This document shows, in pieces, positions 10,143 to 21,481 of a DNA stretch of 64,000 nucleotides. Position 1 is the first letter of the stretch; every line of letters begins with the position of its first letter. Both the position numbers and the translations under genes were made by a program. The notes beneath the pieces were generated by a model. That model was not told the origin of the DNA and searched no databases. It was given only the letters and a program-made list of their open reading frames with translations. This stretch comes from Candidatus Latescibacterota bacterium (lineage in GTDB: Bacteria > Latescibacterota > UBA2968 > GCA-2709665): NCBI GenBank assembly GCA_965222075.1, contig OZ244937.1, positions 4,800,001 through 4,864,000 on the forward strand, in the 5' to 3' direction.

Positions 10143-10998
10143 GGCCCACCGTCCGTATCCCCTCCGCGCTTCCCCGTTCCTCGCCGCTCTGGAGATTACG
10201 CGCCCCCACAACTGCGCCATCACATTCGCCTCCGTGCTCCTGGGAGGGTGGCTCGGCGTTCACCTCCTCTCCCCGCCCCTCCTCCTGGCAGCCCTCTCCG
10301 CGGCCCTCATCATGGCAGGCGGCAACACGCTCAACGACCTCTGCGACATCGAAGCAGACCGCGTCAACCAGCCCGGTCGCCCCCTTCCGTCTAACCGCCT
10401 GCCGGTCTGGGCGGCTCGTATGGAAGCCTTTGGCCTGTCGGCGCTTGGCATCGGGACCGGCCTGGTCCTCCCGCCTCCGGTCCCTGTCATTGCCCTGATC
10501 GCAGCCTCCGGCCTGGTCCTCTACACCACCTCTCTTAAAGGCATCCCCCTCCTCGGCAACCTTCTCACCGCCCTGCTGTGCGGCCTTACGTTTCTCTACG
10601 GAGGATTCGCTGTCAACGCTCCCCTTCCGGCATGTATCCCGGCCCTTTTTGCAATCCTCTTTCACTTTGGCAGGGAAATACTCAAAGATGTGCAGGACAG
10701 GGAAGGCGACCGCCGCCTGGCCGGCAGCACGCTGCCCCTGCGCTGGGGCCGTCGAAACGTTTATATCCTGATCACAGCGATCTACCTCCTGCTGATCCTG
10801 GCCACCCCGTTGCCCCTGCTCACCGGCGATTACGGCATCCGCTACCTCGTCCTTATCCTCCTGCTCAACGGCCTGTTGATCGGTTTTATTCTGACCCTCT
10901 GGCGCAGTGACACACCCGAGAGCCTGGCGCGCCTCAGCCGTCTCTTAAAGGTCGGCATGGTGCTCGGCCTCTCCGCCATCTTTATCGATAGCCTCTGA
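10111..10998 (+). CDS. UbiA-superfamily prenyltransferase, digeranylgeranylglyceryl-phosphate synthase-like
   Basis: RPHN, NDLCDIEADRVNQPGRPLPS, Y..LK..PLLGN, REILKDVQDREGD; about 8 TMs. Start chosen at ATG 10111, overlapping the XPB end. Confidence 0.8.
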   Translation: MSSKNRIPPPEAHRPYPLRASPFLAALEITRPHNCAITFASVLLGGWLGVHLLSPPLLLAALSAALIMAGGNTLNDLCDIEADRVNQPGRPLPSNRLPVWAARMEAFGLSALGIGTGLVLPPPVPVIALIAASGLVLYTTSLKGIPLLGNLLTALLCGLTFLYGGFAVNAPLPACIPALFAILFHFGREILKDVQDREGDRRLAGSTLPLRWGRRNVYILITAIYLLLILATPLPLLTGDYGIRYLVLILLLNGLLIGFILTLWRSDTPESLARLSRLLKVGMVLGLSAIFIDSL

Positions 10999-11089
10999 AT
11001 TTTTCAGGTTAGCGAAGGGCGTAAAACGTGAACAGTCAAACTCAAACCTGTTTCGTTTCACATTCGGCCGCAAATCATACACTTTTTTC

Positions 11090-11118
11090 TTGACACAACC
11101 CATTGATTATGTTAATTT
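11090..11118 (+). promoter_or_regulatory. Sigma70-type promoter upstream of the IHF/HU gene
   Basis: TTGACA-17 bp-TAATTT. Confidence 0.6.
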
Positions 11119-11359
11119 AAGCGCTCCATCATTATCTTTCCATCGAAATGACATCACCCTCTTCTCAGACCTTTTGCTCTCCTCTTAGAGGAGGAACCTG
11201 ATTTCGTCAGCCAACAATCCAGAGGCGGATGGATTGAGACTCCCCTGTCGAATAACAACCGATTGTTCAGATCAGATCCGTAAGTGAAATTGATCGACCT
11301 TCTATGCGATATCCAATCCCCGCACAAGGCGATATCGATCCCCAGCAAGGAGGTAACCA

Positions 11360-11665
11360 TTGGCGACGACCACAAAAAAGGATCTTGCGTTGAGGGTAAG
11401 TCAGGATACAGACTGTAAAAAAAATCTGGCTTCAAAGATGGTGGATACGGTCTTTGAAGCCATGCGAGAGAGCCTCATCAACGGCAATCGGATCGAAATC
11501 CGGGGATTTGGAGTCTTCCAGGTCAAAGAAACCCGCCCCAAACCAGCAGCGAGAAATCCTCGAACCGGGCAAATCATCTACGTCCCCGCTCGCCGGAAAA
11601 CACACTTCAGACCGGGCAAACTCCTCAAGGAGGAACTCCACAAGCCGATAGAAGCACAGAGCTGA
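11360..11665 (+). CDS. Integration host factor / HU family DNA-binding protein
   Basis: RIEIRGFGVF, ARNPRTG, HFRPGKLLKE; RBS AAGGAGG then TTG start. Confidence 0.93.
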   Translation: MATTTKKDLALRVSQDTDCKKNLASKMVDTVFEAMRESLINGNRIEIRGFGVFQVKETRPKPAARNPRTGQIIYVPARRKTHFRPGKLLKEELHKPIEAQS

Positions 11666-11700
11666 TTTTCACCAGATCCGAAACGGTTCACCATATTGCC

Positions 11701-12177
11701 ATGAAACAGGTCTTGGAAACCCCGGAAGCCTACCATCACCGGGGCGCGGGCGGGGTTGTGGTCAGTAGCCTCACCCCGGACGCCTCGGTTGCCCTCCTCC
11801 ACCGCACGAACGGGGAATGGACCCTCCCCAAAGGTCATATCGAGGGAGATGAGTCCTCCCAGGAGGCCGCCCTCAGAGAAATTGCTGAAGAGATCGGCCT
11901 CTGGGAACTCAAAATCGTCGGCGACCTCGGGACGATCCGGTACACCTTCCAGGATCCCAACACCCCCAAGCTCCACCACAAAGAGGTCATGTTCTACCTC
12001 GTCCTCTCTCCCCCCGGACGCCTTCCCCTCACACCGGAAGATACCCCCAAATTCGACGACGCCCGCTGGATCCCCCTCCACGACGCCGAACGCCTCTGCA
12101 CCTATGATACCACCCGGAAAATCCTTCACCGCGCCCGAAAAGCCCTCCAGGATCCTCTCCCTCACCAAAACGCTTGA
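11701..12177 (+). CDS. NUDIX hydrolase (Ap4A hydrolase-like)
   Basis: WTLPKGHIEGDESSQEAALREIAEEIG Nudix box. Confidence 0.9.
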   Translation: MKQVLETPEAYHHRGAGGVVVSSLTPDASVALLHRTNGEWTLPKGHIEGDESSQEAALREIAEEIGLWELKIVGDLGTIRYTFQDPNTPKLHHKEVMFYLVLSPPGRLPLTPEDTPKFDDARWIPLHDAERLCTYDTTRKILHRARKALQDPLPHQNA

Positions 12178-12287
12178 CAAACCCTTCCGTACCCTTAAAT
12201 TTGCTTCTACAGGGCGCTTACCGGTTCCGTTTTCGTATTCAATATCCTTAAGCCTTACCCCCCGGCCTCCTCTCCCCTTCAGAATAA

Positions 12288-14342
<2,055 letters not shown>

Positions 14343-14384
14343 GTCTGCTCAATGTCGGTTTATAAAATTAGAGACGGTCGAGTA

Positions 14385-15536
14385 TTATATCCACACAGCG
14401 TCTTCGGCCAATAGGTTGGAGAACCGGGAGAACGAAAAAACCTCGATACCGTCTGCGGTTTGCAATTCAGGCCCTTCGGGATAGACCACCATACGCCGGC
14501 GCAGTCCCTTCAGGCCGGCCAGCGCTCGCAGCCCCTTGCACCAGGCTTCGGCAAACGTGTTACCGGATTTTACCTCGATTGCGACGAAATCCTCTCCGCG
14601 CTTGAGCAGAAAGTCGACCTCGGTCTGTCTCTGGCCGGCGATTCCCCAGTAGAAGAACTCGTCACACAGGTTGCGGTAGTCTCCGTAGGCCCGGATCAGC
14701 TGGGCGACCAGCCCCTCAAATAGAGCTCCGCGTTCCTCTGGAGCGGGGGAGCCGGACACCCGTTTCATCGCCCGCACAATGCCGGGGTCGCACCAGTACC
14801 ATTTGGGCAACCTGCGTTCGCGCACACGCAGCCTGGCTTCATAGGCAGGCAGCCGGAAGCACAGGAGCGTTTCCTCCAGGATATCCAGATAGCCGATCAC
14901 CGTTGTGCGGGCAACACCGGCTTCCCTGGCGATGTTGGTCACATTCACAGTCTGGCCGTGGAACAGGGCAGCAACGGGCAGGAAGCGTGCAAATCCAGGC
15001 AGGTTGCGCACCAGGGCTTCGGCCTGAATCTCTTCCTTGAGATACATCTGAGCGTAGGCCGTGAGCGTCTCCTCTCTTGCATCTGAGTCCCACACAATCG
15101 GCAGCAGGCCATATCTCACCGCGTCGTCAAGTTTGAAATGTTCGGCCAGTTCCTCAGGAAGGAATGGGTGCATAGCACGATACAGAGCCCGCCCGGCAAG
15201 CAGGTTGGCACCTGCACGCTTGAGCTTGCTCGCGCTTGATCCACACAAAACAAAGCGCAGTCCTTTTTCTTCAATAAAACGATGTACTTCGTTGAGAAGG
15301 GCGGGCAACCGCTGCATCTCATCCAAAACCACCCAGCGGTCGTCAGGAACAGCCCTCAGTTCTGCCGCAAAAAGCCCGGGATTGGCCAGCAGACGCTGGT
15401 AAACACCTTCGGCGAGCAGGTCGATGACGTGGGCATCGGGAAAGTTGATTCGCAGATAGGTGCTCTTTCCAACGCCGCGCGGCCCCACCAGGAAGAAGCT
15501 CTGCGGGGGTGATTCAAAGATACGAGGGATTCTCAT
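14385..15536 (-). CDS. AAA+ ATPase (AAA_14) with C-terminal DUF4143 / PD-(D/E)XK-like domain
   Basis: GPRGVGKST, LDEMQR, GSSA, LAGRA, GALFEG, EVDFLL..AIEVK. Confidence 0.9.
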   Translation of the reverse strand: MRIPRIFESPPQSFFLVGPRGVGKSTYLRINFPDAHVIDLLAEGVYQRLLANPGLFAAELRAVPDDRWVVLDEMQRLPALLNEVHRFIEEKGLRFVLCGSSASKLKRAGANLLAGRALYRAMHPFLPEELAEHFKLDDAVRYGLLPIVWDSDAREETLTAYAQMYLKEEIQAEALVRNLPGFARFLPVAALFHGQTVNVTNIAREAGVARTTVIGYLDILEETLLCFRLPAYEARLRVRERRLPKWYWCDPGIVRAMKRVSGSPAPEERGALFEGLVAQLIRAYGDYRNLCDEFFYWGIAGQRQTEVDFLLKRGEDFVAIEVKSGNTFAEAWCKGLRALAGLKGLRRRMVVYPEGPELQTADGIEVFSFSRFSNLLAEDAVWI

Positions 15537-15769
15537 TTGTCCACCTTGCCGTCATTTTTCATAGTAAATTGATGATAATATATACATATTACACAAAATT
15601 GTCAAGAACCAGGCGGTCCGAGGAGATGTAAGAGAACAGAGGCGCGCTGGTCTGGGAACTGGCGGATGACGTTAAAACCGAAATCGACACCTCCCGAACA
15701 AATGCGTCGAGGGAGATGACATCGTGCGCCCGGTATGGATGGGCCGTGCGGAATTGATCCCCTTTTCCC

Positions 15770-15798
15770 TTGACAGAACTCCCTATCTTTATTACACT
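15770..15798 (+). promoter_or_regulatory. Sigma70-type promoter of tRNA-Ala
   Basis: TTGACA-17 bp-TACACT just upstream of the tRNA. Confidence 0.65.
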
Positions 15799-15820
15799 TC
15801 CTCCACATTGCATATGAGGT

Positions 15821-15896
15821 GGGGCTGTAGCTCAGATGGGAGAGCGCTTGACTGGCAGTCAAGAGGTCGTGGGTTCGATCCCCATCAGCTCCACCA
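15821..15896 (+). tRNA. tRNA-Ala (anticodon GGC)
   Basis: GGGGCTG acceptor stem with G3:U70, anticodon arm CTTGA-CTGGCAG-TCAAG, GGTTCGATCC T-loop, encoded CCA; 76 nt. Confidence 0.97.
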
Positions 15897-15905
15897 ATAA
15901 AAACA

Positions 15906-15943
15906 AGGGGTTACGTAAGCAAGGCGTAACCCCTATTTTTTTC
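15906..15943 (+). terminator. Intrinsic terminator after tRNA-Ala
   Basis: AGGGGTTACG-loop-CGTAACCCCT followed by a T run. Confidence 0.8.
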
Positions 15944-16001
15944 TGTCCAGAATATCCTCCATGAAAGCGACAAACGCTGCATTTTGCTCAGGAGGTGTTG
16001 T

Positions 16002-16844
16002 TCACCTTTGATTCTTCAGGAAGTTTTGCAGATGCGCCCTCAATGGCGCTATGTCGCACCTCCCATCCCTGGAGGCATAGGGGAATGCACCCTTCTTCCG
16101 CATGAGGTTTCCGTTGCGTTCGTGGAAGCGTCCGTCTCTGGCCACCAGCTGCCCCCACCAGTTGAAGGAGTAGCCGACCTCGGCGACGGAGCGATCATCA
16201 GCGGCCCACCCGGGTGGGAATAATACCAGGAATGGAGGGAACGAATTCAGCCAGCTGTTGCAGCCGATTTGCCGCAGTCCCGGCTGCCTGGCGCAGGCCG
16301 AGTCCAAGAGGTTCAGCAATTCGGTGGCCCGCGCTTGCATGTCCCGAAACGGCGAGTCTGGCATGCAGCTGTTTGCGATATGAATATCGAGGGAATCGCT
16401 GCTTTGGGAATGCTCACACGCGAAGATGCCCGATAGCTGATCTTCGGGCAGGGGGTATGGGGTATACCCGGAAGGGAGCCACGGCCACGCCTTGATATCC
16501 CTTTCCATTCGGGGCTCGAGGTGCGACAGGAGGAGCTGGAGGCCCGTTTCCTCAAAATGCTCCGCTGTTGTGGGAGAATCCCGGCACAAGGCTTGCAGCT
16601 GAGAGGTAATTTGTCCAAAAGGCGCCGCCGCCCACGGGAAGTCGGCCTGGGATGGATGGGACACCCCATCCCAGAATTCAGTCAGACGGTATACCGGCGT
16701 CTGGCTGCTCAGAACCTCCACGATGGAACCCCCGTCATTGGAATGGCGCCAGGAGTACCACAGACTCAAACGCGTGATTTTCAAGACGAAATCGCGTCTA
16801 TTCGCCAGCGTGTAGGGTGATTTCGGCGTCATTTCGGAACTCAT
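16002..16844 (-). CDS. Hypothetical protein (280 aa), last gene of the amidohydrolase/Rieske/NHL run
   Basis: Start overlaps the upstream stop by 4 bp; natural protein-like composition; family not recognised. Confidence 0.7.
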   Translation of the reverse strand: MSSEMTPKSPYTLANRRDFVLKITRLSLWYSWRHSNDGGSIVEVLSSQTPVYRLTEFWDGVSHPSQADFPWAAAPFGQITSQLQALCRDSPTTAEHFEETGLQLLLSHLEPRMERDIKAWPWLPSGYTPYPLPEDQLSGIFACEHSQSSDSLDIHIANSCMPDSPFRDMQARATELLNLLDSACARQPGLRQIGCNSWLNSFPPFLVLFPPGWAADDRSVAEVGYSFNWWGQLVARDGRFHERNGNLMRKKGAFPYASRDGRCDIAPLRAHLQNFLKNQR

Positions 16845-17710
16845 CCTGAGACCCGCACGAATTTCTGCAGCCGTTGTCCCCGATTGATTTCGGCCACGTA
16901 GATACTCCCTTCATCGTCCACGCAGATCCCGTGCGCCGACTTAACGTCTGGGCCTGAGAATCGGCTGATTCGTTCTCCCTCCGGCGACCAGACGCTGACG
17001 CTATCACCCCCATGCTCTGCCACATAGATCATATTGTCCTTTGCAATGCACACCCCCCCCGGACCGACCAGGTCCGTCCACTCCTCGATAAACGCACCGT
17101 CCGAATCGAAGATCTGGATCCGGTTATTCTCCCGGTCGCAGACCAGCACCCGGCCCGTTCTGTCGCAGTCGATGTTGTGGACCACGGCGAACTGGCCGGG
17201 GCCGTTGCCCCCTTCGCCCCACGAAAACAGGTGCTTCCCCTCCTTTGAGTACTTGTGCACGCAGCGGTTGCCGTAGCCATCCGAAACGTACATCGACCCA
17301 TCCGGGCCGATCGCGCCCCCGGTCGGTATGTTGTACTCGCCCCGGTAGTGTGTCATACCGGCCACCCCGGGTCTTCCCCATTCTCGTTCCATTTCGCCCA
17401 GCCGCGTGTACCTGCGCACGATGTGCTGGAGCGCGTCGACCAGATAGACCTTGTCGCCAGGACCGATAAAAATCCCGTGGGGCTCACTTACCAGAGGTGA
17501 GGTGAGGCCGAACTCTCCGTATCCCCACGACGTGATGAAATTCCCCGCCTTATCGAACACAATTACCGGATGCTTCCCGCGTGTGAATGCGTAGATTCGC
17601 CCCTGGGAATCGACCGCCGCATCGGAGACCAGGGAAAAGACCCATCCCTCTGGAAGATTTCCCCACCCCTCCACGGCTTCGTATTTAAAATCTCCCTGTC
17701 CCAACGCCAT
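16841..17710 (-). CDS. NHL-repeat beta-propeller, peptidyl-alpha-hydroxyglycine alpha-amidating lyase (PAL)-like family
   Basis: RGKHPVIVFD, PHGI, YVSDGYGN, GPGQF..VH, DRENNRIQIFD, HGICVD; RBS AAGGAGG. Confidence 0.88.
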   Translation of the reverse strand: MALGQGDFKYEAVEGWGNLPEGWVFSLVSDAAVDSQGRIYAFTRGKHPVIVFDKAGNFITSWGYGEFGLTSPLVSEPHGIFIGPGDKVYLVDALQHIVRRYTRLGEMEREWGRPGVAGMTHYRGEYNIPTGGAIGPDGSMYVSDGYGNRCVHKYSKEGKHLFSWGEGGNGPGQFAVVHNIDCDRTGRVLVCDRENNRIQIFDSDGAFIEEWTDLVGPGGVCIAKDNMIYVAEHGGDSVSVWSPEGERISRFSGPDVKSAHGICVDDEGSIYVAEINRGQRLQKFVRVSG

Positions 17711-17849
17711 GGTAAACCTCCTTACCGGCTGTAAAATAATGGGTTGGAATACTTAACTTTGCCATTGAGGCAGGCTCCATTATCTCAGAAGATATATGCA
17801 CAACTACTTATTTCTCCCTTTTTGTACCTTGAAGTTGCCGCACACGACG

Positions 17850-18233
17850 TCACGGGCGGGGGGCAAGATAGAGGACGATTTTGTCGCCTTCCAGGAAGAC
17901 GGGATACGTTCTGACCCGGAGGGTTTCGTCGCACAACGCACGTCCCGTTTTGATGTCGAATTCCCACTGGTGCCAGGGACATTTGAGGATCTCGCCTTCC
18001 TGCTGGTGGTCAACCCGGTAGACATCAGATGCGACCACAAGGGGGCGGAGCCTGCCGCGGCAGAGGGGGCCTCCCTTGTGGGGACAGAGGTTTCGGAGGG
18101 CGTGGAAGTTTCCGTTGATGTTGAAGATACCGATTCCCCGGCGGGCGATCTCGACGATTTTCCGCTGGCCAGGGGGCAGGTCGGCGGCATCTGCAACGAC
18201 GTATCGAGTCTTTCCACCAAGGTCAGAGTCCAT
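17850..18233 (-). CDS. Rieske [2Fe-2S] ferredoxin
   Basis: CPHKGGPL...CPWHQWEFDIKTG. Start at 18233 or 18248, overlapping the amidohydrolase stop. Confidence 0.93.
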   Translation of the reverse strand: MDSDLGGKTRYVVADAADLPPGQRKIVEIARRGIGIFNINGNFHALRNLCPHKGGPLCRGRLRPLVVASDVYRVDHQQEGEILKCPWHQWEFDIKTGRALCDETLRVRTYPVFLEGDKIVLYLAPRP

Positions 18234-19350
18234 AGAGTTCCGTGGCATTTCCGGCCATCACCCGGCGCCGAAGGGGTTCGTCGAATCCGGTGAGAAGCGT
18301 GGCGGGTTCGTCCCAGTCCCAGTGGGGGTAGTCGCTGGCGTAGATCAGGACTTCATCGGCGTGCAGCCATGCCAAGAAGGTCTCAAGGTCGGCGGCCGTT
18401 GGGGGCTGAAGCATGGGCTGGGTTCCAAAACGGATGTGCTGGCGGAGATAGTCGCTGGGCAGGCGCTTGACCCAGGGGGTGTAGTCTCGCAGGGCCTTCC
18501 AGTCGGCATCCATATGCCACATCAGGCCGGGTACCCAGAAGATGTCCTGCTCAATGAAAAAGAACCGGAAGTTGGGGAACTTTTCGAACACCCCTTCGCA
18601 GATGAGGCTGACCACGTGTGCCATGGCGACCTGGGGCCGGGCCATTCGCATCTCCAGGTAGTAAGAGGGATATCCGGCTGCGGTGGGGGGACCTGCGACG
18701 CCGGCGCCCTCGCTGCCGAAGTGGACACAGACGGGCAGCCCCTGGCGTTCGCAGGCGGCGTAGATGGGGTGGTAGAAGCGGTTGCCAAAGGGAAGACGCG
18801 CCCCGGCAGGCATTAGAACCTGGACAAATTCGGAGCGGGGACCGAGGCGGTCGATTTCATTGACAGCCTGCTCGGGGTCTGTGGGTGCAATATGAATGGA
18901 TGCCCGAAAACGGGAATCGGCCGAGACCCAGGTTTCCAGGGTCCAGTCGTTAAATGCCCGGCAGTAGGCCGCCGCGTAGTCGCAGTTGGGGTGAACGGCT
19001 GCCGCGTAGGGGCCGCCGGTGAGGACGGCGATGTCGATATCGTAGGCGTCCAGGTGTTTTTGACGGGCCACGTCGACAACCGTGGCAGGGTTCACATCGG
19101 AATCGGTCCAGAGGTCGTGGCGGCTCCCCTTCCCGGGCATATTGGTATACCCAATTTGAGGCATCATGCTGTCGAAGTCCTGGATGTATTCAACGTAATG
19201 CCTGGGAAGGTAGGGGAAGAGGGCTTTGGGGCCGGGCAGTAAGTGGTGCACATCGCAGTCGATCAGGTGGATCGGTTTTGCCGTTTCCCGGGCAGAGGAC
19301 GGCTGCAGCCTGCGGGTGGGTTCTGCGATTTTGTTCACAGGGGTTGACAT
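18223..19350 (-). CDS. Amidohydrolase-2 family metalloprotein (candidate amidohydrolase-related dinuclear oxygenase)
   Basis: IDCDVH, AFNDW, PIYAAC..LPVCVH, EGVFEKFPN, SDYPHWD. Confidence 0.88.
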   Translation of the reverse strand: MSTPVNKIAEPTRRLQPSSARETAKPIHLIDCDVHHLLPGPKALFPYLPRHYVEYIQDFDSMMPQIGYTNMPGKGSRHDLWTDSDVNPATVVDVARQKHLDAYDIDIAVLTGGPYAAAVHPNCDYAAAYCRAFNDWTLETWVSADSRFRASIHIAPTDPEQAVNEIDRLGPRSEFVQVLMPAGARLPFGNRFYHPIYAACERQGLPVCVHFGSEGAGVAGPPTAAGYPSYYLEMRMARPQVAMAHVVSLICEGVFEKFPNFRFFFIEQDIFWVPGLMWHMDADWKALRDYTPWVKRLPSDYLRQHIRFGTQPMLQPPTAADLETFLAWLHADEVLIYASDYPHWDWDEPATLLTGFDEPLRRRVMAGNATELYGL

Positions 19351-19441
19351 AGGGACCTCCGGGAGAAGGTTTTGGAAGTTCGTTGTGCAGGTTCCTCTTC
19401 AGTTCCCAAACCGTGCGCTTGAAAAGCCCTTCTGGTGAATA

Positions 19442-20503
19442 TCAGCGTGCAGGCGCACGCCATACGACCACCTCATCTTTCTCCACGTTCCATTTCGTTC
19501 CCAGCGGCGTCGAAAGTCCTCCGACGGTGTGGACGATCTGTTGCCCCTCCGCACTTTCCAGCGACACGATTCGGGGTTGCCCCACCTCGTTTCTCCAGAC
19601 AGGCGCAAAGGAGACTTTTGTCAACGCCTTTTCCCGCACGGCGCAGTGGACCAGCAGTCCGTCCCGCTGGAAAGCGGCCATCCGTTCCCATCCAAAGATG
19701 AAGTTTCCCAGGCTGTAGAAGATCGCCCGCCCGTTGTAGATCTCCATCCCCTGCGGCACGTGCGGGTGGTGGCCGATGACCAGGTCTGCCCCGGCGTCGA
19801 TGGCAGCGTGTCCGATTGCCGTCTGGTAGGCGACCAGTTTCTGGCTGCCCGAGACGCCCCAGTGGCAGGAGACCACGAGGATGTCCACGCGTTCTCGAAG
19901 CGCCACCACATCCTCCTGCATTTTTTTCAGTTCATCCTCGTCGGGCCAGGAGACGACAATCGCCGGAGCGCCGGGCATCTCCAGCACGCGGTGGTGGGGG
20001 CGATAGGCGGTATGCCCCTTAATCGTTGCCACGCCCGGCTGTGCCGGTCCGGCCGCGTGCCCGACAGGCCAGAATACGGATGTATAGGCCAGGAATCCGA
20101 ACCGCGTCCCCCTTTTTGTTAGCACGACCGGCTGCCGGGCCGCCTCCCGGTTCTCACCGGCCCCGGTATGGGCGATGCCGTGCCGGTCCAGGTGTGAGAG
20201 CGATTCCAGGATGGCCTCGGTGCCGTAGTGGACGTTGTTGGCGCATCCTACCGCATCGAATCCCGCGGCGGCCAGCCCCTCGACGGTTTCGCGGTTGGGA
20301 TGAAACCAGCCCTGTTTGTAGGGGATCTCCACGGCCGGATCTGAAAAACAGCCCTCACAGTTGCCGAATAGCAGGTCGGCCGCGTCGAAAGTTTCCTGCA
20401 CATGCGCAAAGGGCGCATTCGGGTCCGTGACATTTCTCAGATTGACATCGCCCACCAGGATGATGGAGCGCGCGTCGCCGTTCAGACCGATCCATCGGGC
20501 CAT
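19442..20503 (-). CDS. CapA/PgsA family metallophosphatase-fold protein
   Basis: VGDVN, GNCE, ANNVH, HWG, DLVIGHHPHVPQ, YSLGNF. Confidence 0.9.
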   Translation of the reverse strand: MARWIGLNGDARSIILVGDVNLRNVTDPNAPFAHVQETFDAADLLFGNCEGCFSDPAVEIPYKQGWFHPNRETVEGLAAAGFDAVGCANNVHYGTEAILESLSHLDRHGIAHTGAGENREAARQPVVLTKRGTRFGFLAYTSVFWPVGHAAGPAQPGVATIKGHTAYRPHHRVLEMPGAPAIVVSWPDEDELKKMQEDVVALRERVDILVVSCHWGVSGSQKLVAYQTAIGHAAIDAGADLVIGHHPHVPQGMEIYNGRAIFYSLGNFIFGWERMAAFQRDGLLVHCAVREKALTKVSFAPVWRNEVGQPRIVSLESAEGQQIVHTVGGLSTPLGTKWNVEKDEVVVWRAPAR

Positions 20504-20947
20504 TGCTGCCTCCTGAGCGTTTTTGGGTAAGCAAACAGGTCGACAGGCCATGAAGACTCACACGGAGGCACAGAGAACACAAAGAAAAAGATCTTGGTGC
20601 TTTGTGTGAGAATTAGGGGGGGTGCTGCAAAATATAAGCGTCCCATTCCCGTGTCAATGCCAATCTGGTCCGGTCCTGCCGGATTGTTCGGGGTAGGGGA
20701 GATTCTGCTTGACAGATGAATGCTTTAAGGGATAATTATGAGAGCGTGCGCCGATTCAGGCCCGGATTGGATGCTTAGAAGCTGCGGACATGGGGCGCGT
20801 GGGCGGGTGAGGTTCGGCGAATTGGGGACATCGGCGATTTTGAGGGCTGGAACAGAGATGCAGAGAAATACGCCGCCGCTTTTGAAGGGCTGCTGGAGGG
20901 TTTGGGGGTGGCGGAGGCCGCCCCAGAGGGTGAGAAAGGAGTTTGTT

Positions 20948-21481
20948 TTGAGGTTTGCTCGTGCGTACGTGCAATTTGTGAACCGGTTGAACGAAATAAT
21001 CGGTTTTGGGGTATCATGGGTGACCACGCTGCTGGTGCTTGTGGTTTGTTATGATGTGTTTACACGCTATTTGCTCAAAAACAGTGTCGTGGCCGTGCAG
21101 GAACTGGAATGGCATCTGTTTGCCGTTATTTTTTTGATCGGCGCGGCCTATACCTTAAAACAGGACGGGCATGTGCGGGTGGACGTGTTCTATACGCGGT
21201 TTTCCCCCAAGACCAGGGCCTGGGTCGATTTTACCGGAAGCCTTATTTTATTGATCCCTTTCTGCCTGGTTGCTGTGTGGAGTTCGAAAACGTTTGTTGT
21301 CAACGCCTATATGATCGGTGAAACTTCGCCGGATCCGGGCGGGCTGCCGGCGCGGTTCGTGCTGAAGGCGGTGATTCCGATCGGGTTTTTTCTGCTGATT
21401 TTACAGGGGTTCTCGCTGGCGCTTCAATCGCTGTTTGAGGTTGTGGGTATGGAAGGCGACGACGGGGAGGCCGGCGCATGA
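20948..21481 (+). CDS. TRAP transporter small permease (DctQ)
   Basis: QELEWHLF, GAAYTL..DGHVRVDVFY, SPDPGGL; RBS AAGGAG then TTG. Confidence 0.92.
   Translation: MRFARAYVQFVNRLNEIIGFGVSWVTTLLVLVVCYDVFTRYLLKNSVVAVQELEWHLFAVIFLIGAAYTLKQDGHVRVDVFYTRFSPKTRAWVDFTGSLILLIPFCLVAVWSSKTFVVNAYMIGETSPDPGGLPARFVLKAVIPIGFFLLILQGFSLALQSLFEVVGMEGDDGEAGA

Noticed and set aside
11269-11282. 14-mer AGATCAGATCCGTA shared with 33721..33734, both upstream of genes
   Set aside because: Several exact 14-mer matches are expected by chance in 64 kb; no extension or symmetry.
15821-15896. tRNA-Ala as the boundary of an intact prophage or integrative element
   Set aside because: No integrase, phage genes or duplicated tRNA 3' end seen in the window.
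19442-20503. Poly-gamma-glutamate capsule locus (CapA + GGT + FolC-like ligase)
   Set aside because: The genes are dispersed over 35 kb, there is no capB/capC, and stand-alone CapA homologs are common.
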